Source: an uncultured Bacilli bacterium (GTDB lineage Bacteria; Bacillota_I; Bacilli_A; RF39; UBA660). From it: a stretch of 64,000 nt of DNA. Below, piece by piece: positions 1 through 9,417 of the stretch; positions within the stretch are counted from its first letter, which is position 1, and every line of letters begins with the position of its first letter. The translations under genes and the position numbers were made by a program. The notes beneath the pieces are model-generated. The model did no database searches. It was not told the DNA's origin and saw nothing but the letters and a program-made list of their open reading frames with translations. The DNA lies in contig CANQFD010000002.1 in the NCBI GenBank assembly GCA_947598325.1, positions 26,765 through 90,764 of the forward strand, given 5' to 3'.

Positions 1-3000
1 TTATTTTGCGCTGTTACTGTTATTTTTACATCATTATTTCCTTCTAGTAAGTATGTTGTTCCTTTTATATCTACTTTCGCATTCTCTTCATCTTCTGCGA
101 TTGCTTCTATTTCTATGTTCTCATATTCATATGGTATTTGTACACTATATTCTGTTTTTTCTCTTTCAAATCCTTCTATTTCTTTCTCTGGACTTATTAG
201 TTTTAAACTCTTTAAATAATTATTTGTATTTTCTAATCTTGTTATTTTATATATATACTCTATCTTCTCTCCTAAACTATTTGTTACCTCTATTTTATAA
301 TTATTTATTCCTACTTCTAGTGTATATTTCTCTACTTCTATTCCTTCTTTATATACTTTTACTTTTTGTCCTTCATGTTTCTTTTCTATATTAAATCCTA
401 TTTCTTTTACTTCATATGGTACTGTTATCTCATATTCATATATTGTTTCTTCATATTCTGGTATTTCGCAGCTCTCACATACTTCTTCTATTCCTGTTAT
501 TTGTACATCCTTTAATGTCTTCTCTCTTGTCTTGTCTTTTTTTACTGTTATTTCATATACTGATGTACTTCCATCTTCTGCTTGTACTGTTAGTCTTATT
601 TCTGTTTCTGTTTCTTTTAATTCATATACTAAATTCTCATTTATTAATTTACTTCTTTCATCATTTAATTCTACTGTTAGTTCTACTTCTTCGTCTGTAT
701 CAAATACTGATAATGTATATTTATATATATCTTTATCAAATGTTGGACTTAATTCTCCTATGCTTGTCTCTAATACCTTTATTCTTGAATCATTTGATAA
801 CTCATGTTTTACATAGATTATATATGTCTTCTCTTCACTCTTATCTGCACTTGTTACTTTTATTATATATCTATTTTCTCCCTCTGTTATCTCTAACTCT
901 TCTTGTTTCTCTACTGTCGCATGCGCATCCTCTGTTATTACTGTGAAGTTATATTTTGTTACTTTTGTTACATCTTCTGGTACCGTTAACTCATATGATC
1001 CTTCATCTAACTGTTTTAGTGTCCCTACATTTGATGTTATACTTCTTATTCTTGTATTATTACTTTCTTTTCTTGTTACTACTACTGTGTATGTTCTTGT
1101 TATTCCGCCTTTACTTCTTACTACTATCTTATATGTATTTTCTCCTACTTGTAATTCTTTTTCTCCTGTTCCTATTACTTCACTTGTTATTATCTCTGCC
1201 GCTGCTTGTATTGTTATTCTCTCTACTTCATTTCCTACTTCTACTTCGTACCTTAATTCTTCTTTCTTAAATTCTGGACTTAATTTCCCTTCACTTACTG
1301 TTAGGCTTCTTAAATATGTATTACTATAACTTTGTCTATTTACTAGTAGTTTATATGTTGTTTTATCTATTCCATTACTACTTGTTGATATTATTTTTAC
1401 TTCATTTAGTCCTACCTCAAAGTCCTTATTTCCTTCTACTACATATGTACTTCCTGGATCTAATTTACTTATTATTAATTCTAATTCTGTTACTTCATTA
1501 TCTACTACTACTGTATATTCTAATGTATTACTTTCAAATGCTTTATCTAGATAATAATTCTTTACTTCTATATTCTTTAATAATGATGTTACTGGATCCT
1601 TTCTTGTTACTACTATTTTATATGTCTTTACTTCTCCATGTTCTGCGGTTACTACTACTTCTATATTATTTTTTCCTTGTTTTAATTCTCTTATTCCGTC
1701 TCCATCTATTCTTGCATTTTCTTCTTCTGTTTCTGCGATTATCTCTATACTTTCTTCTTCATATTCTACTTCTAATGTGTATTCTGTTCTTTCACTCGTA
1801 AATTCTGGTGTTATTTCATGATCCTTTACGCTTAAGTTCCTTAAATTATTATTCCTTGAACCTAATCTCGTTACTATTATCTTATATTCTCTTGTTTCTC
1901 CTTTTTCACTCGTTACTCCTACTATTAACTCGTTTTCTCCTTTTACTAGGCTCCTCATTCCTCTTCCTGTTACTTGTGCGTACATACTCTCTGCTTCTGC
2001 TTTTATTATTACACTATTTACTTCGTTTTCTACTGTTAGTCTATATTCTTGTATCCCTTTTTTAAATTCTGGTGTTATTTTTTCTCCTTCTATCTCTAAA
2101 CTCTTTAAATAGTTATTTTCTGATTCTTCTTTCGTTACTTTTATTGTATACGTTCTTGTATGGTTTTTATCCGCACTTGTTACTATGATTTTTATCTCAT
2201 TTTGACCTAATTTTAATCCTTCATTTCCTTGAATCTCTATACTTTCTTCTTCATGCATTTTCTCTATTATTATCTCTAGATTCTCTTCTTTTGTTGTTAT
2301 ACTATATTCTTCTTTATCTGGGTTAAATGCTTCATTTAATGTATGATTCTTTACTTCTATTTTCTTTAGCCTTGTCTCTGTACTTTCTTTTCTTGTTACT
2401 ACTACTTGATAATCTTTTTCTTGTCCTTTTGTATTTTTTACTCTTATTTCTATTACATTTTTCCCTTGTTTTAAATTATATTCTCCTATTCCTGTTACTT
2501 CATTTGTTTCATCTTCTGCGCTTGCATTTACCTGTACTTTCTCTACCTCATATTCTACTTCACATTCGTAGTATTGTTTTCCTTTCTCATACACTATATT
2601 ACAGCTTGTTACATCTAACGTTTTTAAATCTAAACTATTTTCTGATTCTTCTTCTTTTGTTACTTTTATTTTATATGTCTTTTCTTCTCCATTTTCTGCC
2701 GTTACTATTATATTTATTTCTGCTTCGTTATTTTCTCCTATTTCTGTTCCTGTTATATTTACCTCTGATGTTTTCTTCTCTGGTTCTGCGATTACATTTA
2801 ATTCTCTTACTTCATTTGGTACTTTTGCTGTGTATTCTAATCTCATTGGATCAAATTTTGGCTCTATTATTCCTTCTTTTAATAGTAAGAATGACAAATT
2901 CGCATTATCTCCTTCGTCTCTTATTACTCTTATTACATACTCTTCCTCTGTTACTCCATCTTCTGCTTTTGTCCTTAATATTATCCTATTTTCTCCATAG

Positions 3001-4860
3001 TTTAGTTTATATTTCCCATTTCCTATTACTTGTGTTGTCTTACTTCTTGCGTATCCTGTTATTTGTATCTCTTCTTCTGTTTCTCCTAGGTTTACTGTAT
3101 ATTCTTTTTCTTCACTACTAAATTCTGGTGTTAATTCTCCTTTATTTACTACTATATTACTTAACAGTGCGTCACTATTATATTCTCTATACACTTTTAT
3201 TTTATATGTCCTTTGTTTTCCTGTCTCACTTGTTACTACTACTTGTATCTCATTTTCTCCACTTGCTAGTGTATATTTCCCTAATCCTATTACACTTGAA
3301 AGTTCATCTTCTTTTTCTCCTTCTACTATTATACTCTCTACTTCATTTCCTAATCTTACTTCGTATTCTTCTCCTTCTCGTGTAAATCCTGGACTTAATT
3401 CTCCTTCACTTACTTCTAAGCTCTTTAAGTAATTTATATCTGATCCTTCTTTTGTTACTACTATTATGTATTCTCTTTCTTCTCCATTTTCTGCCGTTAC
3501 TATTAATCTTACTACGTTCTCTCCTATTTTGAAATTTCCATTACCTATTACTCTTACTTTTGAGGTTTCTTTTTCTGGTGTATAGCTTAATGTTAATTTC
3601 TTTACATATGGATTTACTTGTATTGTATAGTTTCCTTCTTCTTTTTCAAATGGTTCATTAAATTCGCCTTCTTCTGCGCTTAATTCACTTAGATAATTAT
3701 TTGATGATTTCTCTCTTGTTATCATTATTGTATATGTCTCTGTACTTCCATCTTCTGCGGTTGTTAATACTTTTACTTCATTTATTCCTGTTCTTAATTC
3801 TTTTTCTTTATTTATTATTTCTTGTAATTTTGTTGTTCCTTCCATTGTTACATTTGTTGTTCCGGCTTGAGCTACCACATCTATTTGTACTCTTTCTATT
3901 TCATTTGGTACTGTCAATGTATATTTTGTTTGTATATCTTCAAACTCTGGACTTAATGTGTATATTTCTTCATTATTCCTTACCTCTAATTTATCTAATA
4001 ATGCATTACCATTTGACATCCTATATACTGTTAATATATAACTTCTTACTTCTCCATTTTCTGCTGTTACTTCTATCTCTACTATATTATTTCCTACTTG
4101 TAAATCCTTATCTCCTTTTATTTCATATCTTGCTTTTTCATCATCTAATTCTACTTTTAATTTTATCTCTGTTACACTATTTTCTACTTTAAATGCGTAC
4201 TCTGTGATTAAATAGTTGAATCCTATGTCTATACTTGGCTCTACTACCTCTAGGTTATCTATATAGTTATTTCCTGTCATATCTCTTGTGATCTCATATC
4301 TATATACTGTTCTATGCTGTCCATCTTCACTTGTTACCTCTATTGTTATTACATTGTCTCCTCCATTTAATCTTGTTACTCCATCTCCTATTACTTCTTC
4401 ATATTCATGTTTCTTATCTACTGTAAACTCTAAATCTCTTATTCCACTTGGTACTGTCATATAATATGTTGTTGTATCTTCATCAAATTCTTTTGGATCT
4501 ATTTCACAGTATCCTTCATATCCTTCACATACACTTGGCATTAATCCTGTGATTGTTATATCTCTTGCTTTACTTTCACTACTCTTCTCTCTTTTTGTCT
4601 TTATTTTATATATCCTTATTTCTCCACTTTCACTTGTTACTGTTATTTCAAATGTTGTTTCTCCTCCTGGTACTTTTTGCTTCCCTAAGCCTTCTATTTT
4701 TGCTGTATCATCTGATGGTCTTGCGCTTATCTCTATCTCTGTTTCATCTACTTCTAATTCTAATTCATATTCTTCTGTTAGTGGATTAAATTCTGGACTT
4801 AACTTTCCTTTATCTGTCCCTAAATATATTAAGTAGTTATCTCTTGATAATAGCTTCTCT
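1..4860 (-). repeat. Array of ~18 diverged ~85-95-aa cadherin-like beta-sandwich repeats within the giant ORF
   Basis: The translated motif recurs roughly every 270 nt. Examples: NNYLKSLEIEGEKITPEFKKGIQEYRLTVENEV...ELIVGVTSEKGETREYKIIVTR; TYLRSLTVSEGKLSPEFKKEELRYEVEV; NNYLSELSAEEGEFNEPFEKEEGNYTIQV. Repeat-start markers on the plus strand (ctttaaataattat and similar) occur near 215, 1310, 1850, 2105, 3425, 3690 and 4840. The repeat count is by eye. Confidence 0.7.
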
Positions 4861-7800
4861 GGTGTGATTCTTGCGTATCCATCTCCTTCATTTCCTGTCA
4901 TTACATCTGTTCCATCATGTGTTGGCATATTTACTACTTCAGTTCCTTTTTTAGTTGTCCAAGAGTATCCATCTCCATCTATCATTTGTGTATCTGTAAA
5001 ATACATTTCACTATAATGAATACTATCTCCTGTATATTCTATATTTTCTTCAGTTGATTCTTTTGTTACTGCATTACTTCCTTCATGGCCTGAAATGTAT
5101 GATACTCCTCCATAGTCTGGAGATCCACCATAGTAGCCTCCACCGCCACCTCCTAGAGGTGTCCTATTATCTGAACTACTGCCTCCTAATCCGAATTTAT
5201 ATATATGAGAATCCACTGTAGAACGTCCTCCTGCATAACCTGCTTTTGTGTAACTTCCTCCAGATCCTCCAGCAGCAATCATTATTCTAGATTTTAAGGA
5301 ATCAAAATTATCCCATGCTCCATCTTCTGAAACAAATAATCTTACATCTGTGGCACCTCCGCCACCTCCAGCGGGATCTTGTGCATCATTTGAATCATTA
5401 CCAGCTGTTCCTCCGCCGTTATAGCCCCCTGTTCCTCCTTTGTAATTTTCTACTAGTCCACCTTCTTCACCTTGACCTCCAGTGAATATGTATAACGTTT
5501 GGTTCTGTGCAAGGCTTATAATTCCAGAAGTGTAGCCACCTTTTCCGCCATTTCTTGTTGATGACCAATAGTATCTTCCAAAACCACCTTGAGCTCCCCA
5601 TAGTTCTATTTTATATTTTGCTGCAAAAGGTGCTATAAATGTTTGATATTCATTTTTATATTTAAATGTATATTCTTCTTCCATTTCTATTTTTTTATAA
5701 TTTATTGTATATATTGTTGTTTCTGAATGAGGCTCTGTTACTGTTATTATTACTTGTCCTGAATCTTCTTGAATGTACCTATTTCCTTCAATTGTTACTT
5801 TTGCTTCATCATCAAATGTTCCTGTTGTTATATTTAAATCTATTTCATTTGATAAAATTTCTACGTTATATGTTTCTTCTAATGGATGAAATTCTGGATT
5901 TAAATCAGTTTCGTATCTTTCTATTTCTAGTTTTGATAATTTGCTTGAATGTGTTCCTTCTGGTAGTTCTTTTCTTGTTGCATTTACAGTATATGTTCTT
6001 ATATCTCCTGATTCACTTGTTACTGATATTGTTACTTGTTTTGTTTCACCAAACTCAATATCATATTTTTCTAAACCTGTTACGCTTGCTTTTTCATCAG
6101 ATAATTCTCCTGTTAATGTAAAGTGCATATCATACATATCTAAACTTAAATTATATTCTTCTATTGTTGGATCAAATGTTGGACTTAGTGTTCCATAACT
6201 TGATGATAAACTTGATAAGTAATTATCTTTAGATAGTATATTCTCTGGTGTAATTTTTGCGTATCCATCTCCTTCATTTCCTACTTGTGATTCTTCTCCA
6301 TTATATGTTGGTTGATTAACTACTTTATCTCCTTTTTTAGTTGTCCAAGAGTATCCATCTCCATCTATCATTTTGGTATCTGTGAAATATAATTCACTAT
6401 AATGAATACTGTTACCAGTATGTGTTATCTTTTCTTCAGTTGATTCTTTATCTATAGAATTACTTCCTTCGTGACCTGATATATATGATGTTCCTCCATA
6501 TCCTGCGGCACTATCTGATTTTCCAGAACTTCCGCCATAATATCCGCCACCTCCGGCGCCTGAACCTCCTGTAAAGACTAAACCATTTTCTCCTATACCA
6601 AATTTATATACATTTGTATCAAAAGTTGACTTTCCACCTGAGTATCCTTCTCTATTATAAGCACCACCGCCACCTCCGGCAGCGACCATAATTCTTGATT
6701 TCAATGAATCAAAATTATCCCAATCTCCTGTTTCATTTATGTCTAAACGGATATCTGTAGCTCCTCCTGATCCTCCACCTGGATCTGGGTGAGAGTCTCC
6801 TGCATAGCTTGAATCATCTCCACCTTTTCCGCCACCATTATATCCACTATTTCCTCCAATATACTTGATTTCATCTCCACCATCATGTCCTTTTCCACCG
6901 ACAAAGACATATAGAATTTTACCTTTATTTAGTCTAATGTTTCCTGATGTATAGCCTCCATATCCGCCTCTTTCTAAGGTACTTAAATCTTTTAGACCTG
7001 CTCCACCTTGAGCCCCCCAAAGTTGTATTTTATATATTCCTGTTGCTGGTACAATAAATTTTTGATAGTTTCCTTTATAACTAAATTCATATTTAGAATC
7101 TAACTCTATTTTTCTATAGTTAATTGTATACACTGTTTGGGCTACATTTGATTCTGTTACTGTTATTGTTATTTGTCCAGAATCATTTTTCATATATTTA
7201 TTACCTTGAATTTTTACTTTTGCTTCACTATCAAATGTCTCTGTTTTTATATTTAAATCTATTTCACTCGATAAAATTTCTACATTATATGTTTCCTCTA
7301 ATGGTTGAAATTCTGGATTTAATTGAGCTTCATAGCCCTCTATTTCTAGTTTTGATAGTTTGCTTGAATGAATTCCTTCTAATAACTCTTCTCTTGTTAC
7401 ATTTACCTTGTATGTTCTTATATCTCCTGATTCACTCATTACTGATATTATTATTTCTTTTGTTTGACCTGGTTCTACCGCATATCTACCTAAACCTGTA
7501 ACACTTGATTTTTCATCTGATAATTCTCCTGATAATGTAAAATGTGTATCATACATACCTAAGTTTAAATTATATTCTTCTATTAATGGATTAAATTCTT
7601 GATTTAACTTTCCATAATTTGATGATAATTTTTTTAAATAATTATCTTTTGAAAGAACTACAAAAGATGTTATTTTTGCATATCCATTTCCTAAATTTCC
7701 AGTCATTACATTTGTTTCATCATGTGTTGGCATTTCTTCATTTCCTGATTTCATAATTGTATCAGTAAAAATCATATTACTATAATGATATGAACATTCT

Positions 7801-9182
7801 ATATTTTCTGTTCCTGTTTCACATTCAGCTTTTGGTGTTGGATCTGTTTGCGATGTTATTGCTACACTTCCTTGATGCCCTGATATATATGATGAACCGC
7901 CTGCTCCACCATTACCTGTAGAACTATTGGCACCGCCAGCTCCTCCATAGTAGCCGCCGCCACCGCCGCCACCATAATTTTCGCCGGTACCTCCTAAGCC
8001 AAATTTACCATTTTTATTATCTAAATTAGAATAAGATTTACCTCCTGCAGTTTGTGTCCCTCCTGTTGGTTGTTGATTTCCTGCACCATTTGCACCAGTA
8101 AGACCTCCTGCATAACCACCTTTATATCCAGAAGTATAACTGTTATATCCGCCACCGCCTGCTGCTACCATAATCCTACTAGATAGTGATGATGAATCAT
8201 TCCAGTCTCCATTCGATATTCTTACATCTGTAGCTCCACCGCCAGATGTACAATAACTACCACAAGAGCCACCACCATTAAAAGTTGCACTAGCTGAAGA
8301 TAATGATTGACCAACATAAAAATATAATTTTTGACCTGCTTCTAAATCTATCTTACCTGAAGTATATGCGCCTTTACCTGCCAAAGATGTATGAGTACTT
8401 CCTGATGCTCCCCATAGTTCTATCTTATATATTCCTAATGTCGGAGCAATAAATTCTTGTTCATTTGCTTCAAAATCAAAAGTAGTTGAAACACCCTCTA
8501 CAAGTTGAAGCTTATCTGAATTCTTACTATTTAACTCTATTTTTTTATAATTAATTGTGTATGTTGTAGGTGCTTCGTTAGATGCTGTTACTATTATTTT
8601 AACAATTCCCGAATTGTCTTTTATATACTTATTTCCCTCAATTGTTACTTTGGCATCTTTATCAAATGTTTCTGTTTTTATATTTAAGTCTATTTCGTTT
8701 GGCAAAATATCTACGTTGTATATTCCTTCTAATGGATGAAATTCTGGTTCTAAGTCAGTTTCATATCCTTCTATTTCTAGTTTTGATAATTTACTAGAAT
8801 GATTTGCAGTAGTAATTTGATCTCTTGTCGCAGTTATGGTATACGTTGTTTCTTCACTAGAATCATTACTTAATGTTATTAATATTACTTGTGATTGTCC
8901 TGCATCTACTTCATATTTTCCAAGTCCACTTATTTTTATATTTTCATTTGCTGTCGCAGTTAATGTAAAACTTACATCATATTCGCCTAATTTTAATTCA
9001 TATGCTTTTTGATTAGAACTAAAAGATGGACTTAGTTCCCCATGACTTGTTTCAAGTGTATTTAATAATAAACTACTTTCATCTGCTTTTGCCGAATTTA
9101 TGTTCACGCAAAATAGTGTTAATGATACCATTAACACTACAAATATAAAACTAAGTTTTGTGCGCACATTTTTTAGTTTCAT
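1..9182 (-). CDS. Giant secreted or cell-surface repeat protein, first >3,060 codons (3' end of gene lies beyond window start). Layout: signal peptide, then 3 x [two cadherin-like beta-sandwich repeats + glycine-rich module], then ~18 more cadherin-like repeats
   Basis: The reverse complement from 9182 reads ATG AAA CTA AAA AAT GTG..., giving MKLKNVRTKLSFIFVVLMVSLTLFCVNINSAKA/DESSLLLNTLETSHGELSPSF. An RBS (GAAGGAAG) lies 6 nt upstream. I hand-checked the frame (plus-strand triplets starting at positions divisible by 3) at 3-59, 1260-1320, 2580-2640, 3660-3720, 4500-4560, 4920-4980 and 6780-6840 and found no TTA/CTA/TCA. The frame is still open at position 3. It is absent from the ORF track only because no stop lies in the window. 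Confidence 0.9.
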   Translation of the reverse strand, partial: MKLKNVRTKLSFIFVVLMVSLTLFCVNINSAKADESSLLLNTLETSHGELSPSFSSNQKAYELKLGEYDVSFTLTATANENIKISGLGKYEVDAGQSQVILITLSNDSSEETTYTITATRDQITTANHSSKLSKLEIEGYETDLEPEFHPLEGIYNVDILPNEIDLNIKTETFDKDAKVTIEGNKYIKDNSGIVKIIVTASNEAPTTYTINYKKIELNSKNSDKLQLVEGVSTTFDFEANEQEFIAPTLGIYKIELWGASGSTHTSLAGKGAYTSGKIDLEAGQKLYFYVGQSLSSASATFNGGGSCGSYCTSGGGATDVRISNGDWNDSSSLSSRIMVAAGGGGYNSYTSGYKGGYAGGLTGANGAGNQQPTGGTQTAGGKSYSNLDNKNGKFGLGGTGENYGGGGGGGYYGGAGGANSSTGNGGAGGSSYISGHQGSVAITSQTDPTPKAECETGTENIECSYHYSNMIFTDTIMKSGNEEMPTHDETNVMTGNLGNGYAKITSFVVLSKDNYLKKLSSNYGKLNQEFNPLIEEYNLNLGMYDTHFTLSGELSDEKSSVTGLGRYAVEPGQTKEIIISVMSESGDIRTYKVNVTREELLEGIHSSKLSKLEIEGYEAQLNPEFQPLEETYNVEILSSEIDLNIKTETFDSEAKVKIQGNKYMKNDSGQITITVTESNVAQTVYTINYRKIELDSKYEFSYKGNYQKFIVPATGIYKIQLWGAQGGAGLKDLSTLERGGYGGYTSGNIRLNKGKILYVFVGGKGHDGGDEIKYIGGNSGYNGGGKGGDDSSYAGDSHPDPGGGSGGATDIRLDINETGDWDNFDSLKSRIMVAAGGGGGAYNREGYSGGKSTFDTNVYKFGIGENGLVFTGGSGAGGGGYYGGSSGKSDSAAGYGGTSYISGHEGSNSIDKESTEEKITHTGNSIHYSELYFTDTKMIDGDGYSWTTKKGDKVVNQPTYNGEESQVGNEGDGYAKITPENILSKDNYLSSLSSSYGTLSPTFDPTIEEYNLSLDMYDMHFTLTGELSDEKASVTGLEKYDIEFGETKQVTISVTSESGDIRTYTVNATRKELPEGTHSSKLSKLEIERYETDLNPEFHPLEETYNVEILSNEIDLNITTGTFDDEAKVTIEGNRYIQEDSGQVIITVTEPHSETTIYTINYKKIEMEEEYTFKYKNEYQTFIAPFAAKYKIELWGAQGGFGRYYWSSTRNGGKGGYTSGIISLAQNQTLYIFTGGQGEEGGLVENYKGGTGGYNGGGTAGNDSNDAQDPAGGGGGATDVRLFVSEDGAWDNFDSLKSRIMIAAGGSGGSYTKAGYAGGRSTVDSHIYKFGLGGSSSDNRTPLGGGGGGYYGGSPDYGGVSYISGHEGSNAVTKESTEENIEYTGDSIHYSEMYFTDTQMIDGDGYSWTTKKGTEVVNMPTHDGTDVMTGNEGDGYARITPEKLLSRDNYLIYLGTDKGKLSPEFNPLTEEYELELEVDETEIEISARPSDDTAKIEGLGKQKVPGGETTFEITVTSESGEIRIYKIKTKREKSSESKARDITITGLMPSVCEGYEGYCEIDPKEFDEDTTTYYMTVPSGIRDLEFTVDKKHEYEEVIGDGVTRLNGGDNVITIEVTSEDGQHRTVYRYEITRDMTGNNYIDNLEVVEPSIDIGFNYLITEYAFKVENSVTEIKLKVELDDEKARYEIKGDKDLQVGNNIVEIEVTAENGEVRSYILTVYRMSNGNALLDKLEVRNNEEIYTLSPEFEDIQTKYTLTVPNEIERVQIDVVAQAGTTNVTMEGTTKLQEIINKEKELRTGINEVKVLTTAEDGSTETYTIMITREKSSNNYLSELSAEEGEFNEPFEKEEGNYTIQVNPYVKKLTLSYTPEKETSKVRVIGNGNFKIGENVVRLIVTAENGEEREYIIVVTKEGSDINYLKSLEVSEGELSPGFTREGEEYEVRLGNEVESIIVEGEKEDELSSVIGLGKYTLASGENEIQVVVTSETGKQRTYKIKVYREYNSDALLSNIVVNKGELTPEFSSEEKEYTVNLGETEEEIQITGYARSKTTQVIGNGKYKLNYGENRIILRTKAEDGVTEEEYVIRVIRDEGDNANLSFLLLKEGIIEPKFDPMRLEYTAKVPNEVRELNVIAEPEKKTSEVNITGTEIGENNEAEINIIVTAENGEEKTYKIKVTKEEESENSLDLKTLDVTSCNIVYEKGKQYYECEVEYEVEKVQVNASAEDETNEVTGIGEYNLKQGKNVIEIRVKNTKGQEKDYQVVVTRKESTETRLKKIEVKNHTLNEAFNPDKEEYSITTKEENLEIIIEKMHEEESIEIQGNEGLKLGQNEIKIIVTSADKNHTRTYTIKVTKEESENNYLKSLEIEGEKITPEFKKGIQEYRLTVENEVNSVIIKAEAESMYAQVTGRGMRSLVKGENELIVGVTSEKGETREYKIIVTRLGSRNNNLRNLSVKDHEITPEFTSERTEYTLEVEYEEESIEIIAETEEENARIDGDGIRELKQGKNNIEVVVTAEHGEVKTYKIVVTRKDPVTSLLKNIEVKNYYLDKAFESNTLEYTVVVDNEVTELELIISKLDPGSTYVVEGNKDFEVGLNEVKIISTSSNGIDKTTYKLLVNRQSYSNTYLRSLTVSEGKLSPEFKKEELRYEVEVGNEVERITIQAAAEIITSEVIGTGEKELQVGENTYKIVVRSKGGITRTYTVVVTRKESNNTRIRSITSNVGTLKQLDEGSYELTVPEDVTKVTKYNFTVITEDAHATVEKQEELEITEGENRYIIKVTSADKSEEKTYIIYVKHELSNDSRIKVLETSIGELSPTFDKDIYKYTLSVFDTDEEVELTVELNDERSKLINENLVYELKETETEIRLTVQAEDGSTSVYEITVKKDKTREKTLKDVQITGIEEVCESCEIPEYEETIYEYEITVPYEVKEIGFNIEKKHEGQKVKVYKEGIEVEKYTLEVGINNYKIEVTNSLGEKIEYIYKITRLENTNNYLKSLKLISPEKEIEGFEREKTEYSVQIPYEYENIEIEAIAEDEENAKVDIKGTTYLLEGNNDVKITVTAQN
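4861..5675 (-). repeat. Glycine-rich module 3 of the giant ORF
   Basis: Translates as EYTFKYKNEYQTFIAPFAAKYKIELWGAQGG...GDGYARITP. Gly/Ser/Tyr-rich runs appear on the plus strand as ccacc/gccacc tracts. It shares near-identical stretches with module 2, for example ttttttagttgtccaagagtatccatctccatctatcatt. Confidence 0.75.
6247..7092 (-). repeat. Glycine-rich module 2 of the giant ORF
   Basis: Translates as YEFSYKGNYQKFIVPATGIYKIQLWGAQGGAG...NGGGKGGDDSSYAGDSHPDPGGGSGGATDIRL...VAAGGGGGAYN...GGGGYYGGSSG...SYISGHEGS...GDGYAKITP. Confidence 0.75.
7661..8490 (-). repeat. Glycine-rich module 1 of the giant ORF
   Basis: Translates as TTFDFEANEQEFIAPTLGIYKIELWGASGS...GGGATDVRISNGDWNDSSSLSSRIMVAAGGGGYN...GENYGGGGGGGYYGGAGGANSSTGNGGAGGSSYISGHQGS...GNGYAKITSF. 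Confidence 0.75.
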
Positions 9183-9380
9183 ACTTATCTTCCTTCGTGT
9201 ATTATTACGATATTAATTATATCATTTTTTGACATATAAAATCAATATTCTTGCTTTATTTTATATGATTTTTGCATAAAAAAAATAAACTACTTGCTAA
9301 TCATTAATAATTTAGTTTCCTGTATTGTTTTTTACTTTATGCAAATTATTAAAAATACTTAATAAAATCTTTACTTATGT

Positions 9381-9417
9381 AAAAAAAAGATAGTATCTAA
9401 AGAAAAATACTATCTTT
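9381..9417 (-). terminator. Rho-independent terminator after the 291-aa gene, separating it from the giant ORF
   Basis: Hairpin AGATAGTAT-N10-ATACTATCT at 9388-9415, followed on the minus strand by a U-run (plus-strand A-run 9381-9387). Confidence 0.7.

Noticed and set aside
53-8739. About 20 plus-strand ORFs in the supplied track encoding Leu/Phe/Ser-rich low-complexity proteins
   Set aside because: They lie antisense to the giant minus-strand ORF. Its purine-rich codons make the complement T/C-rich and nearly stop-free in several frames. They overlap each other in different frames, lack RBSs, and translate to implausible poly-Leu sequences.
9225-9260. Plus-strand TTGACA at about 9229 as a promoter
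   Set aside because: No acceptable -10 lies at the right spacing, and it would transcribe antisense into the convergent 291-aa gene terminator.
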